This document shows, one piece after another, positions 8,576 to 18,442 of a stretch of 64,000 nucleotides of DNA (positions are counted from its first letter, which is position 1; every line of letters begins with the position of its first letter). The notes beneath the pieces were generated by a model, which was not told the origin of the DNA, did not search any database, and saw only the letters and a program-made list of their open reading frames with translations. A program made the translations under genes and the position numbers. Origin of the DNA: an uncultured bacterium (lineage in GTDB: Bacteria > Edwardsbacteria > AC1 > EtOH8); NCBI GenBank assembly GCA_937863685.1, contig CALMGM010000005.1:909046-973045 (forward strand), given 5' to 3'.

Positions 8576-10588
8576 ATGTCAAAAAGATCATTGCTGTTGT
8601 TTCTGCTTCTGCCGGCCCTGGCCTGGTCCCAGGGAATAACCTGGGGCGACCGGGTGCGGGTGGACGATGCCCTGGGAAGCGGCCCCCATCAGGCCATTCA
8701 TCCCTACACCATCATCGACGACAGCCTGGCCGACAACCCCAGGGTCTATACCGTCTGGGAGGACGACCGGGACGGCAACGGGCGACATGCCATCTATTTT
8801 GCCAAGTCCACCGACCTGGCGGCCAGCTACTCCCGGCCCAATGTGGTGGTCTGCAACGACAGCCTGGACAACATCTATCCCTGGATGGTCAAAGGCGCGT
8901 CGGGAGCCATCTACATTGCCTGGCAGGTCAGATATCCCGATACCTTCTGGAGGGTATACCTGTCGAAATCAACCGATGGCGGAGACACTTTCAGCCCGCC
9001 GGATACCATCCGGGGCCCGGCCATTGTCAACGACAAGACCGACAATAATAATTTCGGCCCCCTGCCCAGGATCGCGGTGGATCCCGCCGACAGCATCCTC
9101 TATCTGGTCTGGACCGAGGCCGCCGGGGCACTGGCCACCAAGGTCCGCTGTTCCCGCTCCCTGTCCAAGGATGCCGATTTTTCGGGAATGGTGCTGGTCA
9201 ACGTGGACTCCGCGAGAGCCGCCAAGCACCCGGCCATCGTCTGCGATGACAACGGCCGGGTCTTCGTGACCTACGAGCGGAGCGACGGCGGCAACACCAA
9301 CGACCCGCAGTGCGACATCTACTTCAACCAATCCGACAACTACGGGCTGAGTTTCGGAGCTACGGAGCTGCTGATCAACGACAACGGCGATGTCAGTCGG
9401 ATGCAGAACCCCACCATCGACCGGATAAACGGCAAGACCATGGTCATCTGGGAGGATACCCGGATGCCCCCGGCCGCCAGCAACCAGTGCCCCCAGCTTT
9501 TCTTCAGCCAGAAACACGACACCGCTTCCCAGTTCATCCCCAACGTCCGGGTAAGCGACACCCTGTCCGGCGACTGGAACTTCCGGCCCCGGATGGCCAT
9601 CGACCAGACCACCGGCAACATGATTGTGGCCTGGCACTCCAACGTCGACACCACCGACGCCAAGTTCGAACTGCGGCTTTGCGCCTTCAACGATACCATA
9701 AATGAGTTCACTCCGTCCTACAAGATGTTCGACACCTACACCGGAAACAGCGGGGCCAACTTCGGCAATATCTTCTACCCGCCGGCGGTGGCCATCACCA
9801 ACATCGACTCGGTAGCCAACTTCTTCCTGGTGTGGCGGGACCTGATCGAGGACACCACCGGCAATATCTATTCCCGGCACGGCCACGTGGTGGTCAGCCG
9901 GGTGGACCTGGACATCTTTCCCGATGCCCTGGATGCGCACGGCGACAGCCTGAACTTCGGGATCCTGCCGGCAGGCCCGGCCTGGGTCTCCCGCAGTTTT
10001 CGCATCGTCAACACCCGTGATTCGCTCAATCCCGATTCCCTGGACGGTCCCAGCACAACTGTGATCGATTCTCTGACCGCCAACGGGATCACCTTGCACA
10101 ATGTCTCGAATTCTTCGCTGACCCTGAAGGCCGGGTTCATCGAATCACCAGCGGCCTTCCCGGACCTGAACATCGGCCAGACCCTGGACGTGACCGTCAC
10201 CCTGTACGTGCCGGAGGGCACCCCGGCCGGGCGCTACGTGGGCTACGCCAAGCTGAGAGCGGTGGGCAGCGACCTGACAGTGGACAGCGATTCCATCCGG
10301 ATAGTGGTGCAGGGCCCGACGGCCACGGCCGACCTGGAGAGCCTGAGGGTCTTTCCCAACCCCTTCAAATACTGGCTGGGGCACCGGACGGTGAACTTCG
10401 AGGGGCTGACCCCGGCGGCCACCCTGAAGATCTACGACATCAAGGGCCGGCTGCTGGCCACCATCGACGAAAACAACGGCGACGGCCTGGCCACCTGGAC
10501 CCCTAAAGCCGCCAGCGGGGTCTACCTGTGGTCGGTAAGCAATCCCCAGGGGCAGAAGAAGACCGGCAAGATAGCAATATTGAGATGA
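8576..10588 (+). CDS. Secreted BNR-repeat (sialidase-like beta-propeller) protein with type IX secretion C-terminal sorting domain
   Basis: Signal peptide; BNR motifs SKSTDGGDTFS, NQSDNYGLSF; C-terminal RVFPNPFKY...LKIYDIKGRLLATI...SGVYLWSVS...KIAILR = Por_Secre_tail pattern. Confidence 0.7.
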   Translation: MSKRSLLLFLLLPALAWSQGITWGDRVRVDDALGSGPHQAIHPYTIIDDSLADNPRVYTVWEDDRDGNGRHAIYFAKSTDLAASYSRPNVVVCNDSLDNIYPWMVKGASGAIYIAWQVRYPDTFWRVYLSKSTDGGDTFSPPDTIRGPAIVNDKTDNNNFGPLPRIAVDPADSILYLVWTEAAGALATKVRCSRSLSKDADFSGMVLVNVDSARAAKHPAIVCDDNGRVFVTYERSDGGNTNDPQCDIYFNQSDNYGLSFGATELLINDNGDVSRMQNPTIDRINGKTMVIWEDTRMPPAASNQCPQLFFSQKHDTASQFIPNVRVSDTLSGDWNFRPRMAIDQTTGNMIVAWHSNVDTTDAKFELRLCAFNDTINEFTPSYKMFDTYTGNSGANFGNIFYPPAVAITNIDSVANFFLVWRDLIEDTTGNIYSRHGHVVVSRVDLDIFPDALDAHGDSLNFGILPAGPAWVSRSFRIVNTRDSLNPDSLDGPSTTVIDSLTANGITLHNVSNSSLTLKAGFIESPAAFPDLNIGQTLDVTVTLYVPEGTPAGRYVGYAKLRAVGSDLTVDSDSIRIVVQGPTATADLESLRVFPNPFKYWLGHRTVNFEGLTPAATLKIYDIKGRLLATIDENNGDGLATWTPKAASGVYLWSVSNPQGQKKTGKIAILR

Positions 10589-10601
10589 CGGAGAGACGAC
10601 G

Positions 10602-11492
10602 ATGAAAAAAATATTTCACATTCTGCTGCTGGCGGCCCTGGCCTCATCCTTAAAGGCCATGACCCCCGGCGAAAAATCTGGCGTTTTCCTGACCCTGCCC
10701 CAGGGGGCCCGGCCCACCGCCATGGGCGAGGCCTTCTGCGCCGTCACCGGCGACATCTACAGCTCCTACTGGAACCCGGCCGGGCTGGCCGACCTGGGCA
10801 GGATGACCTTCGGGGCCTCGATGGCCCCCACCTATCTGGACATGTACTACGGATACCTGGCCGGGGCAACCGCCATCGGCCAGAACGCCTTTTCCCTGGC
10901 CCTGAGCCATTTCAACTACGGCGACATGATCGGCCTGGACGAGCACGCCCGCAACCAGACGGTGTTCAACGGCAGCGACCTGGGGATAATTGCCGGTTAT
11001 GCTCGAAAATTCCCCGGGAAAAAATTGCAAGCCGGGGTAAACGCAAAAATACTGCACGAAGCGATCGAACAGGAATCAGCCACCTCGGTGATGTTCGATA
11101 TCGGGACGATAAAGAAATTCCAAAGGATCACCCTGGGTTCGGCCCTGAGGAATATCGGCCCCGGCCTTAATTTTCATGATGAAAGCGGCGGCATGCCGCT
11201 TACCTTTTCGCTGGGCGCCACCTATTATTTCTACAACACCCCGCTGGTTCCGGCAATATCGGTAGATGTGCCGATGGACGATACGCCGGTGTTATCGTTG
11301 GGCGCCGAATATTCCCTGGGGCAGTATCTGGCCCTTAGGGCCGGCCTGAAGACCGAGCGCGACGAGGGCTTCCTGTCGTGGATGCGTTTCGGGTTCGGCA
11401 CCGCCATCAGAGGGATCTCGGTGGATTACGCCATGATCCCCGGGAAAGACCTGGGCTCCACCCATATGTTTTCGATCGGGTACCGGAAATAG
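10602..11492 (+). CDS. Outer-membrane beta-barrel, PorV/PorQ (FadL-like) family candidate
   Basis: Signal peptide; N-terminal plug motif AMGEAFCAVTGDIYSSYWNPAGLADL typical of PorV/PorQ/UPF0164; immediately downstream of T9SS cargo. Confidence 0.45.
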   Translation: MKKIFHILLLAALASSLKAMTPGEKSGVFLTLPQGARPTAMGEAFCAVTGDIYSSYWNPAGLADLGRMTFGASMAPTYLDMYYGYLAGATAIGQNAFSLALSHFNYGDMIGLDEHARNQTVFNGSDLGIIAGYARKFPGKKLQAGVNAKILHEAIEQESATSVMFDIGTIKKFQRITLGSALRNIGPGLNFHDESGGMPLTFSLGATYYFYNTPLVPAISVDVPMDDTPVLSLGAEYSLGQYLALRAGLKTERDEGFLSWMRFGFGTAIRGISVDYAMIPGKDLGSTHMFSIGYRK

Positions 11493-11630
11493 AATAAAAA
11501 TTCCCTCCATATTATTGGTTGAAGGTGTGTTTACGTTTAGTTGTGTGAAGGCGGACCTCCAGTTAAAAGCCGTTTCCAGAAATTCTGGGGCGGCTTTTTT
11601 GTTTTTGTGAATTCATATCAAAGATAAAGC

Positions 11631-11658
11631 TTGACATTTTCTTTTTTTGATGTATAAT
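11631..11658 (+). promoter_or_regulatory. Sigma70-type promoter TTGACA-N17-TATAAT upstream of Rrf2-rubredoxin-cupin-hcp cluster
   Basis: ttgaca at 11631-11636, tataat about 17 nt downstream; AT-rich palindromic sequence follows (possible Rrf2 operator). Confidence 0.55.
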
Positions 11659-11692
11659 AGGACTAAATTAGTCATATATAAATAATACAATT

Positions 11693-12082
11693 ATGTTGAT
11701 CACCAAGCGAAACGAATACGCCCTGCAGGCCATGATAATTCTGGCCAGGCAGGAAGGAGGTCGGCCCTTGGCTGCTTCGGCCCTGGCCCAGCGTCTAAAG
11801 ACCACCCCGGCTTTTATGTCCAAGATCGCCCAGCAGCTTACAAAAGCCGGCCTGCTCAGTACCAAACGGGGCAAAGCCGGCGGGCTTTTTCTGAGTCGTC
11901 CGGCAAATAAAATACTGGTCAAGGAGATCTTCGCGGCGGTGGACGGCGCCCTGTCGGTCAGCGCCTGCATGAACCAGGGTCGTTGCCGGCACCATGTCTG
12001 CCCGATATATCCAGTTCTCACGAAACTACAGCAGGACCTGGATGATAAATTGAATTTGGCCAAACTGTCAACCTTTGTGTGA
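11693..12082 (+). CDS. Rrf2 family transcriptional regulator (NsrR/IscR-like, three C-terminal Cys)
   Basis: wHTH region EYALQAMIILA...; Cys ligands C-x6-C-x5-C near C-terminus. Confidence 0.8.
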   Translation: MLITKRNEYALQAMIILARQEGGRPLAASALAQRLKTTPAFMSKIAQQLTKAGLLSTKRGKAGGLFLSRPANKILVKEIFAAVDGALSVSACMNQGRCRHHVCPIYPVLTKLQQDLDDKLNLAKLSTFV

Positions 12083-12150
12083 CCTAAATTACTGGCCGAT
12101 CATTGATTAGTCCATACGTTTTAAAAAACAGAAAAGCGAAAGGAACCGCC

Positions 12151-12312
12151 ATGAAAAAATACCGCTGCACTATCTGCGATTACATCTACGATCCTGTATT
12201 GGGCGATCCCGATTCCGGCATTGCACCGGGGACACCGTTCGAGCAGATACCGGACGATTGGATCTGCCCGATATGCCAGGTGGACAAGAGCAACTTTGAG
12301 CCGGTGGACTAA
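12151..12312 (+). CDS. Rubredoxin
   Basis: [15 protein letters not shown]...[10 protein letters not shown]: two CxxC knuckles; RBS gaaagga upstream; ORF track start 12103 probably too early. Confidence 0.85.
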   Translation: MKKYRCTICDYIYDPVLGDPDSGIAPGTPFEQIPDDWICPICQVDKSNFEPVD

Positions 12313-12371
12313 ACCTGCCACAAAGACACAGAGTATAACTATTCACAATTTACAATTCACGATTTGGCTTA

Positions 12372-12707
12372 ATGGCTAAAAAAGGGGGTATGGTAACCAT
12401 AGAAACCCTGGCTTTTAACACCACGGGAAAGGCCCGCAAGGGCGTTTTCAACCAGCCCCAGGCGCTGGTCAACTATCTTCATTTAAAACAGGGCCAGGAG
12501 GTGCCAAAACATCTGGCCAATGCTGACATGGTCTATCTGATGGTGCTGCAGGGCGAGGGTGTTTTTAATTTCGAGGGACAAGACCATATCATGAAACATG
12601 GCCAGATGGCCGCAGTATCACGCGGAACACCCATGCACATCACCAACCAGAAACCGCAGGACCTGAGTTTTGTGGTTATCAAAGTGCCTAATCCGGAAAA
12701 TAAATGA
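12372..12707 (+). CDS. Cupin domain protein
   Basis: 111 aa; cupin-like beta pattern with HxH...H-like residues; weak. Confidence 0.45.
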   Translation: MAKKGGMVTIETLAFNTTGKARKGVFNQPQALVNYLHLKQGQEVPKHLANADMVYLMVLQGEGVFNFEGQDHIMKHGQMAAVSRGTPMHITNQKPQDLSFVVIKVPNPENK

Positions 12708-12803
12708 TCGGAACCGCTGCCCGCGCTTGCGCGCCAAAGCGCTTCAGCGCACAGGCGCGAAACACGCGAAAATAGTTGGGTAATTCAATAAAAGGAGAAA
12801 ACG

Positions 12804-14447
12804 ATGTCTATGTTCTGTTATCAATGCCAGGAGACCGCCGGGAACAAGGGCTGCGCCGGAGCCAGGGGCGTCTGCGGCAAGCCCGACCAGGTGGCTGTGC
12901 TGCAAGATCTGTTGATCCACACCCTTAAGGGCATTTCCTATCTCAACGCCAAGGCCAAGGACAGCGGCCAGTGCGACCCAAAGGCCTCGGAATTCGTGAT
13001 GGAACAGCTTTTTGCCACCATCACCAATGTCAACTTCGATCCGGAGTATTTCGTTAAGCAGATAGACAAAGCCAGAGAGATCCGGGATGGTCTTAAGAAA
13101 TCGGTCAAGCCCGATGACCAGCTTCCCGATGCCGCCGTCTGGTCAGTCAAGAGCGGCCTGAACGAGTACCTGCTCAAGGGCGCCGAGGTGGGCATAATGG
13201 CCACAACCAATGAGGATGTGCGTTCCCTGCGATCGCTGATATTGTTCGGCCTCAAGGGCCTGGCGGCCTACGTCCATCACGCCTATGTGCTGGATGCCAA
13301 AGACAACGAAATACTCTTATTCATGCAGCAGGCCCTGGCCGCCACGCTGGACGACAGGCTCTCGGCCGACGAGCTGACCGGGCTGGTGCTTAAGTGCGGG
13401 GAATACGGGGTCAAGGCTATGGCCCTTCTGGACCAGGCCAACACCGGAAAGTACGGACATCCGGAGATCACCAGCGTCAAATTGGATGTGGGCCAGAATC
13501 CGGGCATTCTGATCAGCGGCCACGACCTGAGGGACCTGGAGGAACTGCTGGAGCGGACCAAGGGTAAGGGGGTGGACATCTACACCCACGGGGAGATGCT
13601 GCCGGCCAACGCCTATCCCGCTTTCAAAAAATACCCCAACTTCCACGGCAACTACGGCGGTTCTTGGTGGCACCAGAATGAGGAATTCGAGAAGTTCAAC
13701 GGCCCGGTGCTGATGACCACCAACTGCCTGGTTCCGCCCAAGGAGAGCTACAAGGACCGGGTGTTCACCACTGGAGTGGTGGGATTCCCCGGGGTCAAAC
13801 ATATTGCCGACCGGGAACCGAGCAAACAGAAGGATTTCTCCGAGCTTATAGCCCTAGCCCAAAAATGCAAAGCCCCGGAGAAACTGGAGGACGGGCAGCT
13901 GACCGTCGGCTTTGCCCACAACCAGGTGCTGGCTCTGGCCTCCAAGGTCATTGAGGCCGTCAAAAGCGGGGCCATCAAGCGTTTTGTGGTGATGGCCGGC
14001 TGCGACGGGAGGCACAAGTCCCGGGAATACTTCACCGACATAGCCAAGGCCCTGCCCAAGGACGCGGTCATTCTCACCGCCGGCTGCGCCAAGTACCGCT
14101 ACAACAAGCTGAACCTGGGCGACATCGGCGGTATCCCCCGGGTGCTGGACGCCGGGCAGTGCAATGACAGCTATTCGCTGGTCTTAATAGCCTTGGCGTT
14201 GAAAGACGCTTTCGGGTTGAAGGACGTCAACGAACTGCCGGTCAGCTACGACATCGCCTGGTACGAGCAGAAGGCGGTGCTGGTGCTGCTGGCCCTGCTG
14301 CATCTGGGGGTGAAGAACATCCATCTGGGACCGACCCTGCCGGCTTTTGTGTCGCCCAATGTGCTGAAGGTGCTGGTGGAGAAGTTCAATGTCCAGCCGA
14401 CGGCGGGGGTCGAGGAGGACGTGAAGATGTTGATGGCGGGGGGCTGA
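12804..14447 (+). CDS. hcp: Hybrid cluster protein / hydroxylamine reductase
   Basis: [16 protein letters not shown]-terminal Cys cluster, 547 aa, conserved Hcp blocks throughout. Confidence 0.9.
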   Translation: MSMFCYQCQETAGNKGCAGARGVCGKPDQVAVLQDLLIHTLKGISYLNAKAKDSGQCDPKASEFVMEQLFATITNVNFDPEYFVKQIDKAREIRDGLKKSVKPDDQLPDAAVWSVKSGLNEYLLKGAEVGIMATTNEDVRSLRSLILFGLKGLAAYVHHAYVLDAKDNEILLFMQQALAATLDDRLSADELTGLVLKCGEYGVKAMALLDQANTGKYGHPEITSVKLDVGQNPGILISGHDLRDLEELLERTKGKGVDIYTHGEMLPANAYPAFKKYPNFHGNYGGSWWHQNEEFEKFNGPVLMTTNCLVPPKESYKDRVFTTGVVGFPGVKHIADREPSKQKDFSELIALAQKCKAPEKLEDGQLTVGFAHNQVLALASKVIEAVKSGAIKRFVVMAGCDGRHKSREYFTDIAKALPKDAVILTAGCAKYRYNKLNLGDIGGIPRVLDAGQCNDSYSLVLIALALKDAFGLKDVNELPVSYDIAWYEQKAVLVLLALLHLGVKNIHLGPTLPAFVSPNVLKVLVEKFNVQPTAGVEEDVKMLMAGG

Positions 14448-14497
14448 CCTCACCCCAACCCTCTCCTGATAAATCAGGAGAGGGAGAATTAAAAGCG

Positions 14498-14529
14498 AAG
14501 AAGCCGTGGCGTTATGCCACGGCTTTTTG
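14498..14529. terminator. Palindromic hairpin family copy 1 (aagccgtggc-gttat-gccacggctt + T5)
   Basis: 10-bp perfect stem + T-run; preceded by second hairpin ctctcctga-taa-atcaggagag at 14461-14482. Confidence 0.6.
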
Positions 14530-14558
14530 TTGCATAAGGGATCAAATGCCTGTATAAT
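14530..14558 (+). promoter_or_regulatory. Putative promoter TTGCAT-N17-TATAAT directly abutting hairpin copy 1; start codon 7 nt after -10 (possible leaderless mRNA)
   Basis: ttgcat 14530-14535, tataat 14553-14558, ATG 14566. Confidence 0.4.
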
Positions 14559-14565
14559 CGTCAAA

Positions 14566-15663
14566 ATGACTAGAAGACTACATAGATACAAATTGCATGT
14601 GCTTTGGGATCTCTGGGGTGAAGGAAAGCGCTATTTTGCCGGGACGATACATAAGAAACGGGCCGAGGTATTGGAACTGATAGGGGAATGGTCCCGGGCG
14701 CTGGGGATCTACCGGGAGATCCTGGATGTCTATGAGGCTGCCTCACTGTCCGGACCGGCTGCGATACAGCGGGTCAATATGGGTCGGGTGATGTATAAGA
14801 TGGGTGATCATGAGGAAGCAATCGCTCTTCTGAAACAAGCGGAGGAAATTTTAAAGAAGCTTGATGAATCAAAGAACCTGTCCGACATTTACAGTCATCT
14901 TGGTAATATCCGTCTTAACCAGGCCCGATACCAAGAGGCCGAGGACCTTTTCCGGAAACGTTTGGACCTCAATGCCAGGGTCAACAATGCTGTGGTATTT
15001 TGCGCCACCTACGGGAATCTGGGGAACCTGGAATATGCCAGGGGCCAGTTGGAAAAGTCCGAGGAATGGTATCGCCGCCAGTTGGAATCCGCCGTCCGGG
15101 AAGGTATCAAAGAGTATCAAGCCGTGGCGATAGGGGCCATGGGCTGTATTCACGCCCAGCGGGAGGAATACGATTTGGCTCTGAAAGCCTTCCAAGATTT
15201 CCTCGGATTGGCCAGAACCACCGGCGATACCGGAAAAATAAGAGTGGCCTTAGGCAACATCGGCAACTACCATATCCAGTTTGGGCAGTATGCGGAGGCC
15301 AGGGAAATATATCGTCAGCAGTTGGCTCTGGCCGAACGGATGGGAGAAAAAAAGGGGATCTGTCTGGCGTGGGGCAATCTGGCCAAGGCCAGCCATCGTC
15401 TGGGCCAGGAACAGCGGGCCCGGGAAGAGATCCTGTCGGCAATTGCCATCGGAGAGAAGATGGGGCTAAAATATTTCCTGCCCGAGCAATACCTGCTTCT
15501 GGCCGAAGTTCGTCTGGCTTTGAATCTGTTTCCCGAGGCAAAGGGAGCCGCTTTGCGAGCCCGGGAACTGGCAATAGAGAACGGCGACCCGGACGATGAA
15601 AAAAGCGCCCAGGAGCTGCTGGACGCAATTTCAGCGAAGCTGATTAAGCAATCCGGCGGATAG
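14566..15663 (+). CDS. TPR-repeat protein
   Basis: Multiple 34-aa TPR-like repeats (A..Y...G.....A); start moved downstream of hairpin. Confidence 0.6.
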   Translation: MTRRLHRYKLHVLWDLWGEGKRYFAGTIHKKRAEVLELIGEWSRALGIYREILDVYEAASLSGPAAIQRVNMGRVMYKMGDHEEAIALLKQAEEILKKLDESKNLSDIYSHLGNIRLNQARYQEAEDLFRKRLDLNARVNNAVVFCATYGNLGNLEYARGQLEKSEEWYRRQLESAVREGIKEYQAVAIGAMGCIHAQREEYDLALKAFQDFLGLARTTGDTGKIRVALGNIGNYHIQFGQYAEAREIYRQQLALAERMGEKKGICLAWGNLAKASHRLGQEQRAREEILSAIAIGEKMGLKYFLPEQYLLLAEVRLALNLFPEAKGAALRARELAIENGDPDDEKSAQELLDAISAKLIKQSGG

Positions 15664-15710
15664 AATGTTAAAAAGCGGTGCAAAGACCGCAGCATAGATG
15701 ATAATAAAAA

Positions 15711-15742
15711 AGAAAGCCGTGGCTTTATGCCACGGCTTCTTG
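15711..15742. terminator. Palindromic hairpin family copy 2 (bidirectional, between convergent genes)
   Basis: agaaagccgtggc-tttat-gccacggcttct. Confidence 0.6.
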
Positions 15743-15756
15743 GGGTTAAATGTGCT

Positions 15757-16392
15757 TTATTGTTTTGGGAACCCCCAACTTAACCAAGATACATATTGAT
15801 CACGCAGCACTTCAGCAATATCAAATATTTCGTCGGCTTGTGCTGTTGTAACTTTAAGGCCATGTACTGCAGCATTGCACCAATTAATTATATATACAAG
15901 AAGATCCGCTTGTCTATAAGTGATAGCTGAATTCTCTTTTAGTTTTCGAACAATAATATTTGCACTATCGCGGTTATTTATTTGAACTTTAAAGCCTTTT
16001 GCAAGATTCTTTAATAAAGTTTCAAATTCAATGCGTAAACCAGCTAAAGCAATTGTTGGGTCTTGTTCGATAAGGTTACGATAAAAAGATAACTCTAATC
16101 CAGAAGGGGATGGGGATAGTCCTAGATTTAACATACGGGCATTAGCTTCTGTTAAAGGAATCGTAGCTGTTGCTTTTTTCTCACCCTCTTTTTTAACCAC
16201 CGAAGATAACGCTTTGGCTTCTTTGATTTCTTCGGGGAACGTTTCAATTGATACGCCACCCGGTAAGTCCGCTTTTTTCACGCGCTTGATCAATAAAACG
16301 ATTTCTTCTCTAAAAGAGATAACTAAAAGAAAAGTTACTAATGGCCAAATAATAGCCTTAATATATTCGAGTATTAATTTTGCAACATCCAT
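15757..16392 (-). CDS. Membrane-anchored DUF4145 (HEPN-like) domain protein; AT-rich
   Basis: One N-terminal TM helix; C-terminal block ANIIVRKLKENSAITYRQADLLVYIINWCNAAVHG...AEVLRDQY resembles DUF4145 (R..GN.AAH core); GC far below flanks. Confidence 0.45.
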   Translation of the reverse strand: MDVAKLILEYIKAIIWPLVTFLLVISFREEIVLLIKRVKKADLPGGVSIETFPEEIKEAKALSSVVKKEGEKKATATIPLTEANARMLNLGLSPSPSGLELSFYRNLIEQDPTIALAGLRIEFETLLKNLAKGFKVQINNRDSANIIVRKLKENSAITYRQADLLVYIINWCNAAVHGLKVTTAQADEIFDIAEVLRDQYVSWLSWGFPKQ

Positions 16393-16483
16393 GATTTATT
16401 CCACGCTGTTCAATTATTTTAACATGTAACAATAGTGGCATTGTAGTAAATAATATCAACTATGTCAAGTATAATATTATCTT

Positions 16484-16513
16484 AAGAAGCCGTGGCTTAT
16501 GCCACGGCTTCTT
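16484..16513. terminator. Palindromic hairpin family copy 3 (13-bp perfect stem aagaagccgtggc/gccacggcttctt, loop ttat)
   Basis: Read directly. Confidence 0.6.
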
Positions 16514-16545
16514 GCGGCCGCATCTTGCTACTGTGTCTGCATTAT

Positions 16546-17034
16546 TTATAGATTTGTAGTTTCCAAGATCCTTTTAAGGTTCTCCCCCTCTTCTTTCATG
16601 TGTTTTTCTACAGAAGCTATTCCGCTTGCCAGCTTATTTTTTGCAAAGGTTTTAACCAGTCGTCCAACCCTAAAAGACCCCAGGGCTGTGAAAATACATC
16701 CATTTTGCGTCGGTTCGATAATAAATGTATTCTTGGGGTAATATATTCTTAACAGCCAAAATGAGGGCACATATTCAATAGTTCTATTGGGAATTACTTT
16801 TGTAACGCGAAATGTCAAGGTATGCAGTTCGCCTTTAAGATATTCTTTGGCGCGAAGCACAGAGCCTTCTTGCCAAGGCTTTCCCTTGATCCAACAAAAC
16901 TCAATATGGTCCTGGGGATGCCAGAGCTTATAGTTTTGATCATCTGTAATGCCGGTCAGGAAATTAAAAACCGCCTCGGGGCTGGCCTTAATTTCTATCG
17001 AATCTTTTAGAATGATATCTTCCAATATCCTCAT
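16546..17034 (-). CDS. SRPBCC (START/Bet v1-like) domain protein; AT-rich
   Basis: 162 aa with polyketide-cyclase/SRPBCC-like pattern; low GC. Confidence 0.5.
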   Translation of the reverse strand: MRILEDIILKDSIEIKASPEAVFNFLTGITDDQNYKLWHPQDHIEFCWIKGKPWQEGSVLRAKEYLKGELHTLTFRVTKVIPNRTIEYVPSFWLLRIYYPKNTFIIEPTQNGCIFTALGSFRVGRLVKTFAKNKLASGIASVEKHMKEEGENLKRILETTNL

Positions 17035-17134
17035 GTATTTGATCTCCTATATCGGCAATAAGGTCATCAATGTGTATTAGTAATAATAGATAGTACAACG
17101 TTATTTGTCAAGATAAATAGAGAATATTGCATTA

Positions 17135-17165
17135 AAGAAGCCGTGGCGTAACGCCACGGCTTCTT
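17135..17165. terminator. Palindromic hairpin family copy 4 (14-bp stem, loop taa)
   Basis: aagaagccgtggcg-taa-cgccacggcttctt. Confidence 0.6.
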
Positions 17166-17204
17166 GCGTCCCTTCCCTTATTGGGGAAGGGATTGAGGGT
17201 TAGG

Positions 17205-17642
17205 TCAAAACAGCTTCTTATACTCCCCGTAACCTTCCTTCTCCAGCTCCTCCACCGTGATGAACCTCAGCGAAGCCGAGTTTATGCAGTAGCGTAGGCC
17301 GGTGGGCCGGGGGCCGTCGTCGAATACATGCCCCAGGTGGGAATCGCCGGTCTTGCTGCGAACCTCGGTCCGGACCGTGTTGTGGCTGGTATCCCTCTTC
17401 TCCAGGATCAGGGTAGTGTCCAAAGGCTTGAAAAAACTGGGCCAGCCGCAGCCTGATTCGAACTTATCCCTGGAACTGAACAACGGCTGGCCGGTGGTGA
17501 TGTCCACGTAAATGCCCTCACGCTTCTCGTTCCAGTATTTGTTCAGGAAGGGCGGCTCGGTGGCGCTCTTCTGGGTGACCTGATATTGCAAGGGAGTCAA
17601 CCGCTTTTTAAGTTCCGGATCCCCGGCTTTGGTGTATTTCAT
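17205..17642 (-). CDS. msrB: Peptide-methionine (R)-S-oxide reductase MsrB
   Basis: CGWPSF and [11 protein letters not shown] catalytic motifs, [10 protein letters not shown]. Confidence 0.9.
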   Translation of the reverse strand: MKYTKAGDPELKKRLTPLQYQVTQKSATEPPFLNKYWNEKREGIYVDITTGQPLFSSRDKFESGCGWPSFFKPLDTTLILEKRDTSHNTVRTEVRSKTGDSHLGHVFDDGPRPTGLRYCINSASLRFITVEELEKEGYGEYKKLF

Positions 17643-17788
17643 TTAAGAAGCCCGATAAAATTATTGCTGTTGATATATATTAATGTAACACGTTTTTGAA
17701 ATAAATCAAGAGGCTGGTGAAAATGTCATTGAATATTGGTTTTTTCAGTGGTAATATAAATGTGTAAACTTTCAAAAAGGAGTTTGCC

Positions 17789-18433
17789 ATGTTGAAGAAA
17801 ATACTTTTATCGTTGCTCGCAGTGGGAATCATCGCGGTTATCGCCATTGCGATATTTATCTTCTTTGCCATGAAGGGTCCTGATCTTTCCAAATACCAAT
17901 ATCTGAAGGACCCGCAGATCTCGGAAAAACCAAATCAGAAAATGCTGGTGGTGGAGGCCAGGGGCGACCCCAATATCGTGGGGGCCAAGGCTTTTGCCCT
18001 GCTGGTCAAGGTTTATTTCAAAACGGTAAAAGGCGGCAAGATGCAGATCCCCCGGGCCCGCTGGCCGCAGGACCTGGGCACCAGTCTGGACGAATGGGTG
18101 GGGCAATATGCCCTGCCGGTCCCGGAGACCACCGAAAAACTGCCCGAGATCAAGCACGAACCGGGATTTAAGATAACTTTATCCGGATGGGAATACGGCA
18201 CGGTGGCCGAGATCCTGCATATCGGGCCGTATAACAAGGAAACGCCGGCCATCGAAAGGCTCAAAAAGTACGCCCATGACAACGGTTATTACATAACCGG
18301 CCTGCACGAGGAGGAATATTTAAAGGGGCCGGGGATGTTCGGCCCGGGCGATTCGGGAAAGTATCAGACCATCATACGGTACCGGGTGGAGAAAACGGCG
18401 ATCGAAGATACTAAAGAAACGAAAAAGAAATAA
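17789..18433 (+). CDS. Membrane-anchored GyrI-like small-molecule-binding domain protein
   Basis: N-terminal TM; EYGTVAEILHIGPYNKETPAIERLKKYAHDNGY GyrI-like motif. Confidence 0.5.
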   Translation: MLKKILLSLLAVGIIAVIAIAIFIFFAMKGPDLSKYQYLKDPQISEKPNQKMLVVEARGDPNIVGAKAFALLVKVYFKTVKGGKMQIPRARWPQDLGTSLDEWVGQYALPVPETTEKLPEIKHEPGFKITLSGWEYGTVAEILHIGPYNKETPAIERLKKYAHDNGYYITGLHEEEYLKGPGMFGPGDSGKYQTIIRYRVEKTAIEDTKETKKK

Positions 18434-18442
18434 ATATAATTT

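Noticed and set aside
8969-10099. 376-aa ORF on the minus strand fully inside the T9SS cargo gene
   Set aside because: Antisense to a gene with strong domain evidence. High-GC genomes generate long spurious antisense ORFs. The translation is Gly/Pro/Val/Asp-rich, low-complexity, with no motifs.
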